NCBI GenBank assembly: GCA_046726415.1 | Contig: JBKPAK010000027.1 | Span: 1 to 13,597, forward strand | Direction: 5' to 3' | Length of the DNA: 13,597 nucleotides | Origin: Candidatus Methylomirabilota bacterium | Lineage (GTDB): Bacteria > Methylomirabilota > Methylomirabilia > Rokubacteriales > CSP1-6 | Part shown: piece by piece, positions 1 through 6,344 of the stretch | How the letters are laid out: the number at the start of each line of letters is the position of its first letter | How positions within the stretch are numbered: the first letter of the stretch is position 1 | The notes under the pieces: model-generated | Seen by the model: the letters and a program-made list of their open reading frames with translations, nothing else | The model's database searches: none | Told to the model about the DNA's origin: nothing | Made by a program: the position numbers and the translations under genes

Positions 1-230
1 TCGCGAACCGCGACCTGCGCGCCAAGCTCGACGGCCGCCTCAGCGATCACGCGAAACCGCACAGTGCTCAGGTCAGTCGCCTCCTCCACCGCCTCCACGT
101 CTACGGGCTGGTCGCGAAGATCCCCCGCTCGCGTCGCTGGCCCGTCACTGGGTTTGGCCATCGGGTCATGAGCGCCTCGGTCCGTCTCCGCCCGTTGCAC
201 TTCCCCGCGTTCTACGCCGAGACGGCGTGA
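1..230 (+). CDS. 3' end of a putative mobile-element protein (winged-helix C-terminus), a distant paralogue of 412-2066
   Basis: Frame 3 is open from the window edge to TGA 228-230: ANRDLRAKLDGRLSDHAKPHSAQVSRLLHRLHVYGLVAKIPRSRRWPVTGFGHRVMSASVRLR. This parallels the C-terminus of the next ORF (GFTAQEL...YDLRKLRGEELIERVGTRRRYQPKTPGIRTLTALLILR). It is absent from the ORF track because the start lies outside the window. Confidence 0.75.
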   Translation, partial: ANRDLRAKLDGRLSDHAKPHSAQVSRLLHRLHVYGLVAKIPRSRRWPVTGFGHRVMSASVRLRPLHFPAFYAETA

Positions 231-243
231 AAAGCCGCGAGAC

Positions 244-320
244 CTTCATCGCAAAAACAGAGAACCAACGACGGAAGAATCTTCATCGCAAAAAGCAAAG
301 AACCACCGCAGGAAGAATCT
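244..320 (+). repeat. Imperfect tandem duplication (37/38-bp units), probable element right end
   Basis: CTTCATCGCAAAAA-CAGAGAACCAACGACGGAAGAAT (244-280) and CTTCATCGCAAAAAGCAAAGAACCACCGCAGGAAGAAT (281-318), 33/38 aligned identities, each followed by CT, with no spacer. Confidence 0.9.
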
Positions 321-323
321 ACG

Positions 324-388
324 CTTTTTCCAGGACCTCGCCGGGAAAAAGTGGCTCGCCTAGCGGCGAGCAGCCCGGCTCCACCGGG
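324..388. other. Three consecutive hairpins upstream of the Rep-like gene (putative element left end)
   Basis: CTTTTTCC..GGAAAAAG (324-351), GCTCGCC-TAGC-GGCGAGC (354-371), CCCGG-CTCCA-CCGGG (374-388). Confidence 0.65.
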
Positions 389-411
389 AGCGATCGAATA
401 AGATTCTGGGC

Positions 412-2066
412 ATGAAACAGCATGACGATTCTCGGACTACTACCAGGACTTGCTGGAGGGGCGATATGACTGTCCGGATCGGATTGTGCTCAACGGCTAC
501 TTTCGGCTCGGCCAGCAGGGGGGCGCCTTTCGGCACTGGTGGCGCTGCCTAACTGGCGGCGACGATACCCTCGACCAAGAGCACGTGCTACGGATGGCCG
601 GCCGATTCAGTCGGCGGGTGCATGCCTACGCCAGACGCCATCACATCCGGCTCATTCACTGTGAAGCCGGCGTGCGCAAACACGATCTGGCGGAACAGCA
701 TCGGCCCTCTGATCCCACCTTCACGGGGCTCTTCTTGATCTTGGTCGCCAAAGCGCCGGCGCTCGTCTGGGAAGTGATCAAGACCCCGCGCGGGGCGCCC
801 TACCTGCAGCGCAAGACGCCCTGGCCGTACGTCAACCACTACCATTTTCACCTCATCGACCGAGACTGGGGCCACCTCACCATCAAGATGAGTGAGCATC
901 CGCCCTTTGGCGTGCAGGTGATGCTCAACGGGCACGAATGGGTCGCACGGCGCGCGCGCCGGAAAACCATCGCGACGGGGAAAGAGGGTAACTGCTTTGT
1001 GGGTGGGTCGGACTTCCCAGCTTTGGATCGGCTCGCGGATGCCTTGTGTGATGCTCACGCAATAGGGCGACTGACCAAAGTCTGTGACCGGTGGGTGTAC
1101 TCGAGTTGCTTGTGCTTTGCTCTCGACCGAGACGAGCAACAGCGCTCCGGGTTCCGCTACCAGTATTCCTGTTATCAACTCGAGTACAGCCGGAACTTCC
1201 TGTTTGCGCGTGGCGCGATGCTCGACGAGGTGTACCAAGGGCTCATCGACCGGACGCGCCGCGTCTTAGACGTGGGCACCCTGAAAACGATCTTTGGGCG
1301 GAAACACCGCCCCCATTGGTTTCGCAGGGCCAGGAAGGCGGCGCCCCGGATCGAGCGGGTGCTGGAGGAGTCGACCTATGTCGTGACGGTATTCAAGCTC
1401 CATTTCGATCGTCTGACCTTGAAGCTCTACGACAAAGGCCCGCGGGTGCTGCGGATCGAAGCCATCGCCCACAGCGTCAAAGCCCTACGGTGCGGCAAGC
1501 GCTTGGAGAAACTCTCGATCGTGCTGGCCCGGCTCCAGCGCATGGTGATCGACTTTCTCCACGTGGTGTATGCCGCCCACCTCAGTTCGCTCGATGCGGG
1601 CGCGCTGGACGCCCTACCTCAACCCATCCGCCGCGGCGCGCAGCGGCTGGCAGGCGTGGACATCCAGAAGCCGAGAATGAGGGCGGTCATGGAAGCGGTG
1701 CTCGCCTTGGCGCCCAAACCAGACGGATTTACTGCCCAGGAACTCGTTGACAAGACGCGGGCCCTCCTGGGTCTCGGCGAGAGCTACACGCCCCGGCACG
1801 CCGCGTATGATCTGCGCAAGCTCCGGGGCGAGGAGTTAATCGAACGGGTGGGAACGCGCCGACGCTATCAACCCAAGACGCCCGGAATTCGCACGCTTAC
1901 GGCCTTGCTGATCCTTCGCGAGAAGGTCCTCAAGCCCGTGCTGGCTGGCGCCGGGAAGCCCAAACCGGGGCGGCCGCCGAAACGGGTCCACCCACTCGAC
2001 GCCCACTACGAGATCCTCCAGCGCGAACTGCGGCGCACCTTCGAGACGCTCGGCGTGGCCGCCTGA
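412..2066 (+). CDS. Putative rolling-circle/single-strand transposase: Rep_trans-like catalytic region plus C-terminal winged helix; apparent 1-bp deletion near 430
   Basis: The 538-aa ORF 450-2066 has motifs DRIVLNGY, LNGHEW, QLEYSRN and LKLYDKGPRVLRIE (resembling the Y-x-K...R-x-E of Rep_trans initiators) and a wHTH tail. The frame extends upstream as FSDYYQDL. ATG412 (MKQHDD) joins it if one base is restored at GATTC 427-431. Function is inferred. Confidence 0.6.
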
Positions 2067-2099
2067 GACCTTGGGACAGCATGTTGGCCGTACGCGCGC

Positions 2100-2119
2100 G
2101 CTAAGGGGCTAAGGGGCTA
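2100..2119 (+). repeat. Short tandem repeat GCTAAGGGGCTAAGGGGCTA, probable element right end
   Basis: (CTAAGGGG)x2+CTA, starting 34 bp after the stop codon and followed by a GC-rich hairpin at 2124-2158 (core GGTCCG-TCAAG-CGGACC). Confidence 0.7.
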
Positions 2120-2227
2120 TGCTCCGCCCCGGCCGGTCCGTCAAGCGGACCCGGGCGGCGGGGGCTCCGAGAGAAGGATCGAGGAGGGGCTGAAAGCGGA
2201 CATTGTCCGGGCGGCGAGACGGCTTTA

Positions 2228-3904
2228 GTGTTTGTCTGGTCTCATGCGCACCCGAGAATCCTGGGAGCCGCCGCCGTTCACGATGCAACGTTGAAGCCGC
2301 GAGACGAGTCCGTGCGGGAGTCACTGCCGTTCCATCCGATTTACCCACGCGCTCGGTGGCCCGTCGCCGGCGCCACGATCATCGCGCTCAGCTACGCAGT
2401 TCCCGTCCTTGCGTACGTCGGCGCCATGGTCGACGGATACCAGCGGACCTTCGGAGGCAAGGATGCAAGCCCGCTGCGGCTCGACACGGGGGAGCTCGTG
2501 CACGGCGTGATCCTGTCATTGGGCTTGCTTGCCCTGATCGCGCTGTCGCCGCGAGTCTTCAAGTTCGGAGCCGCGCTGCGGCAGCGGAACGCGATCGACC
2601 TGGTCGAGGGCGACGGCCGGCCGCCGGTCCTGTATCTGCGTTCGTTCGGCGATGACGCGGCGCCCGATTACACGGGATCGGCGTTACCGGTGGGCGCCAG
2701 GCAGACCGTCGAGATGCGGTTGGCCCACGCGCTCGAGAGTGTCGGCGTGGTGATCTCGATCGGCCGCCCGGGCGAACGCCTCCCCGAGCTCGGGGCGAAT
2801 CGCTTCTATGTTTCGGATGCCGAGTGGCAGCGTGCCGTGCGTCACTTCCTCGCCGGATCGGCGGCCGTCGTCATCGTCGTCGGTCGCTCGACCGGTCTCA
2901 CGTGGGAGATCAGGACGGCGCTCGACGAGGTTCCTCACCGGCGGCTGCTGTTCGTCTTCCCCTACCTGTTACCGGGCGAGAAGCGAACGTGGAAGCAGGA
3001 GTCATGGCAATGGCTGCGATCGACGCGGAAGGGTTCCGGCGATGCGCTGGGAGCGCGGCTCCTGAGCGAGCTCCGAGCCGAGCGACAGGCGCGCTACGAC
3101 GCCTTTCGGGCGAATTTCGGTCACGCGTTCTCTACCCCGCTGCCGTCGGAGCTTGGCTCGAGCATAGTCCTGGACTACCTCGACCATGGGTCGCCGCGGC
3201 TCATTCCGACTCGACAACCCCTCTTCGTCCGCCGCAAGCGCGACCGGCAAGGCGTCACGCTCGACTACGCCCGCACGCTGCGCCCGTTCGTCGAAAAGCT
3301 GCAGAACCGCATGATCTCGCCGGATCGCCTCGAACGGATCCTGACCTCGCCACGCGGGCTCCGCCTCGTGACCGTGCTCTCCGGACTGTTCGCGGTGGCC
3401 GGATTCTGCTCGCCGTTGTTCCTCGGGTTCAGCCCGCTTTCGCTCGTGCTCTTCTTCCTCATGAGCGTTCCGGCCTCGTTGGCCTACTGGGGCGCCTGGA
3501 CGCTGCTTCGCGAGACCCCGGAGCATGCACGTGCTCACGCGGCTCGATTCGAACCGGCGGCCGACTCTTTGGTCGTGAACGCCCACGTCACCTATGCACT
3601 GTCGGCACTCGCTCTCCTGTTCGCCGTGCCGGGCGTCGTGGCGCTCGCCATGGCCTATCGGCAGCGCGGGAAGGTGCAGGGAACGCTTCTCGAGCCGCAC
3701 GTCCAATGGCAGATACGTACCCTGTGGGCCGCCCTCGGCTGGTTGGTCACGGCCATCGTGCTCGCCGCCACGGTCTTCCTGGCTCCCCTGGCACTGATCC
3801 TGGCGTTCGTCACGTACCTGTGGGTCACTTACCGCATCGTTCGCGGCTGGCGGGCGCTCGCCCGCCGCCAGCCCGTCGTCCCGTCTCGCTCGTTTCTCGA
3901 GTGA
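2228..3904 (+). CDS. Multi-pass membrane protein with a soluble TIR-like/flavodoxin-fold domain and a C-terminal DUF4870-like membrane domain
   Basis: 558-aa ORF with two N-terminal hydrophobic helices, then PPVLYLRSFGDD...IGRPGE.LP.LGA...WQ...VVIVVGRSTGLTWEI, two more TM helices, and a tail with AY..R...H..WQIRT.W...W..YRIVRGW..L. The start codon is uncertain. Confidence 0.75.
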   Translation: MFVWSHAHPRILGAAAVHDATLKPRDESVRESLPFHPIYPRARWPVAGATIIALSYAVPVLAYVGAMVDGYQRTFGGKDASPLRLDTGELVHGVILSLGLLALIALSPRVFKFGAALRQRNAIDLVEGDGRPPVLYLRSFGDDAAPDYTGSALPVGARQTVEMRLAHALESVGVVISIGRPGERLPELGANRFYVSDAEWQRAVRHFLAGSAAVVIVVGRSTGLTWEIRTALDEVPHRRLLFVFPYLLPGEKRTWKQESWQWLRSTRKGSGDALGARLLSELRAERQARYDAFRANFGHAFSTPLPSELGSSIVLDYLDHGSPRLIPTRQPLFVRRKRDRQGVTLDYARTLRPFVEKLQNRMISPDRLERILTSPRGLRLVTVLSGLFAVAGFCSPLFLGFSPLSLVLFFLMSVPASLAYWGAWTLLRETPEHARAHAARFEPAADSLVVNAHVTYALSALALLFAVPGVVALAMAYRQRGKVQGTLLEPHVQWQIRTLWAALGWLVTAIVLAATVFLAPLALILAFVTYLWVTYRIVRGWRALARRQPVVPSRSFLE

Positions 3905-4104
3905 GCGGCTCAAGTTCTCGTTCCCATCTCTGGGTGACATCGTCGCAGACCTGGAACCCGAACCGCTGATAGAACCCGGCGATGCCGGTGCCATCGGTCA
4001 ATGTCACCGACACGTAGCGGGACCGTTGCAGGTGCACCAGCCCCCCGCGCATACACTGCGTGGCGATACCGTGACGGCCGTAGGCCGGGTGCGTGATGAC
4101 GTCT
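3825..4104 (-). pseudogene. C-terminal fragment of a GNAT acetyltransferase
   Basis: Minus frame reads DVITHPAYGRHGIATQCM (acetyl-CoA motif A) and GFYQRFGF (motif B). The upstream in-frame sequence is not GNAT-like, so the N-terminal half is missing. Confidence 0.75.
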
Positions 4105-4228
4105 GTGCCTACGGCTCCAGCGGGCTCCGGCGTGCCGGGCTGGGGCTGACGCAGGGGGACAGGAGACCTGCGGTGGGGGAGCGGCGGCGGAGGGCGTTGA
4201 TGTCGACTTCTATGAAAGCGGCTGGCCG

Positions 4229-4234
4229 TGTCAA
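4229..4234 (-). promoter_or_regulatory. Outward-facing -35 box (TTGACA) at the IS110 right end, likely half of a circle-junction promoter
   Basis: Plus-strand TGTCAA = TTGACA on minus, with an A-tract upstream (plus TTTTTT 4245-4250). In the excised circle it lies 16 nt before TAGATG, a weak -10. Confidence 0.55.
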
Positions 4235-4299
4235 GTCGCCAGCGTTTTTTCCCGTGTGTGTGTGTCGTCGTCTGGCTGTGGCATGCAGTCCTGGACCGT

Positions 4300-4560
4300 G
4301 ACGAGGCACGCTCGAGTCTCGCGAGGTTCATCAGCCTTCTATTCGCGCTCGTCAGAAGGCGAGGCCTGAGGCCGCGCCGGCGCATGAGGGGATTCGAAGG
4401 GTGGGAGCGCCATCTATCCAGCGGCTCTGCGACGGCAGCCAAGTCGACACTCGCGCTCACCCACCCGTCGAACCTGCGAGAGACCGAGGCGGTCACGGTC
4501 ATGGACATCGTGGGGGTGGTCACCGCGTGATGGGTCGGTCGGGTTCGATTCTCGGATCGT
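4300..4560 (-). ncRNA. Putative bridge RNA (seekRNA) in the IS110 3' non-coding end; boundaries approximate
   Basis: Stem 4393-4410/4453-4472 and inner hairpin 4423-4440 enclose an internal loop. Its strands read GAGUGUCGACUU and GCUGGAUAGAUG in the RNA and match the flank TGTCGACTT and the core TCTAT. Confidence 0.75.
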
Positions 4561-4603
4561 GCGTTCTTCAGTTAACCGAGAAATCCTTGTCCTGGACTTC
4601 TGG

Positions 4604-5668
4604 TCATCTCTCATAGGCGGCCCGTGCGTGGAGTGCCCCGTCCGCCCCGAGGACACCGACGGCGTGGCGGGACTGAAACACGCTGCCGTCACGCAGGAGC
4701 GCATAGAGGATGCCCGCCAGGCGGCGGGCGAGGGCGACGACGGCGACGTGCTTGCCGCGGCGGGCGGCGATGCGCAGGGCCCAGGTCCGCAGCGCCTCGG
4801 CCTCGGGTGGCCGGCGGCGGAGAATCGAGACCGCGGCTTGGATGAGCAGCCAGCGCGCGCGGCCGGGGCCCGCTTTGGTGATGGGCCCCCGGCGCTGATG
4901 CTCGCCGGAGCTGAACTCGCCCGGCACCAAGCCGAGGTAGGCTTCGACCTGATGGGCGCGGCGGAAGCGCCGGGCATCGTCGAGAGTGGCCACGAAGGCG
5001 GCGGCGGTGACGGGCCCGATGCTCGGGACGGTGCGGAGGCGCCGGACGCGCGCATCCTGGGCGGCGAGGTGTTCGATCACGTCATCGGAATACGCGAGTT
5101 GCCGGTTGAGGGGCAGCATGACGGCGAGCAGCGGGCCGATGAGCGAGCGGACGGGGCCCGGCAGGGCCATGGCGTCGACGCGGTGGAGGAAGGCCTGCGC
5201 ACTGCCCGAGGGCACGCGATAGCCGTGCTGGCGGAGCAGGGCGCGGATGAGCGAGATGTACCGGGTGCGGGTGCGGACGAGGGCGTCACGGACCCCCAGC
5301 CGGCCGCGCACGTGGCGCGGGGCATCGGAGAGCCGATGGGCCGGGCGGTAGGCCCCGAGCACGCAGGCGTCCATCAGCGCGCGGGCATCACGCCGATCCG
5401 TCTTGACCTTCCGCGTTCGCGTCGCGTACATCGGGGCGAAGTTCGGATCCGCGACGATGACCTCATGTCCCAACCCCTCGAGGCAGCGGGCCACCCATTC
5501 ACTGTCCGTCGAGGCCTCGATCAGGATCCGCGCGCGGGGCCGTCCGCCGAGCACGGCCGCGAAGCGCTCCGGTTCCGTCCGGATCCGCTGCTCGACCAGT
5601 TCACCCGCCTCCGCCAGAAGACAAATCTGGCTTTCCTTCTTGCGCACGTCGATGCCAATATGGTCCAC
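4604..5668 (-). CDS. IS110-family DEDD recombinase/transposase (354 aa)
   Basis: GTG at 5668 with an AGGAG RBS upstream. Motifs GIDV, IEAS and KTDRRDA (DEDD), TVPSIGPVTA, and YLGLVPGEFSSG (catalytic Ser), AVVALARRLA. The frame is intact. Confidence 0.95.
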   Translation of the reverse strand: MDHIGIDVRKKESQICLLAEAGELVEQRIRTEPERFAAVLGGRPRARILIEASTDSEWVARCLEGLGHEVIVADPNFAPMYATRTRKVKTDRRDARALMDACVLGAYRPAHRLSDAPRHVRGRLGVRDALVRTRTRYISLIRALLRQHGYRVPSGSAQAFLHRVDAMALPGPVRSLIGPLLAVMLPLNRQLAYSDDVIEHLAAQDARVRRLRTVPSIGPVTAAAFVATLDDARRFRRAHQVEAYLGLVPGEFSSGEHQRRGPITKAGPGRARWLLIQAAVSILRRRPPEAEALRTWALRIAARRGKHVAVVALARRLAGILYALLRDGSVFQSRHAVGVLGADGALHARAAYER

Positions 5669-5837
5669 GGCTGGTCTCTCCTCTCTGCGGCCTTGACCGC
5701 GTGTATCCCTTGTGGGGCAGCTTAGGCCACCACGTCGAGCGGGAGGCCAGCCGCTTTCATCACATCTATTCTCGCCGACCCGACCCCCGCCGACTGACCG
5801 CACACCGCTGCCTGGCACCCCGGCCCCGTCAACGGCA

Positions 5838-6215
5838 GGTCGTGCACCCAGATCGTGCGGCCGCTCGTCGCGTCGATGGCCGCCACCTGGCTCGCCGAGG
5901 TGCTGACGTACAGCACGCCGCTGATCATGATCGGCGTCGCCTGGTTCGCCCACGTCCGGATGTCCGGCTGCCGGGCAATCAGCGCGCGGTCGGGGGACGG
6001 CCACCGCCACGCGATCCGAAGCCGGCTCACGTTGTCGCGGTGGATCTGGTCGAGGGACGAGTAGCGCCGGTTGGCGTTCGTGCCGCCGTACGTCGGCCAC
6101 TCCCGCGCGGGGGAACCGCTCGCTCGGCCGGCCCGACCGGGCTGCAGCCCGCCGCGCCGATCGCGATGAGCGCCGCGAGCGGCAGGGCGGCGGACCACGT
6201 GGACCGGAGGTTCAT
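5838..6215 (-). pseudogene. N-terminal fragment of a PQQ-dependent (glucose/quinate-type) dehydrogenase lipoprotein
   Basis: Signal peptide with lipobox-like AAGC from ATG6215, a frameshift at about 6100-6140, then EWPTYGG...RYSSLDQIHRDNVSRLRIAWRW...QATPIMISGVLYVST...AIDATSGRTIWVHD. Similarity ends at about 5838. Confidence 0.85.
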
Positions 6216-6344
6216 CGCCCGGATGGCATCACGCCGCGACGATGCGGATCGGGCAGACCTCCCGGCTGCGCCTTGGACGAGAGCGACGAGGCCGCCCGCG
6301 TGGAGCGGCCTCGTCGCACGTTGCTGCGCCGTCAGGTATGTGCG

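Larger units (their letters stand above)
4209..5769 (-). mobile_element. Complete IS110-family element of IS1111 type
   Basis: TCTAT at both junctions (4209-4213, 5765-5769). Perfect 16-bp sub-terminal inverted repeat ATGAAAGCGGCTGGCC (4212-4227) / GGCCAGCCGCTTTCAT (5745-5760). Short 5' end and long 3' non-coding end around a DEDD recombinase. Confidence 0.92.

Noticed and set aside
244-320. CRISPR array (37-bp repeats)
   Set aside because: Only two units, directly adjacent with no spacer, and no cas genes.
227-415. 62-aa ORF across the repeat and hairpins
   Set aside because: Low-complexity translation of a structured non-coding junction.
450-2066. Simple MarR-type transcriptional regulator
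   Set aside because: The winged helix covers only the C-terminal fifth; the rest carries nuclease-like motifs.
2824-3994. 381-aa and 330-aa overlapping ORFs
   Set aside because: Arg/Ala-rich alternative frames of the membrane-protein gene.
4254-4265. (GT)n microsatellite as a phase-variation tract
   Set aside because: Only about six units, inside the IS110 non-coding end and not in a gene or promoter spacer.
4559-5725. 388-aa plus-strand ORF
   Set aside because: Antisense shadow of the IS110 recombinase in high-GC DNA.
5669-6100. N-terminal extension making a 498-aa IS110 protein
   Set aside because: It crosses the element boundary; the RBS and family N-terminus point to GTG5668.
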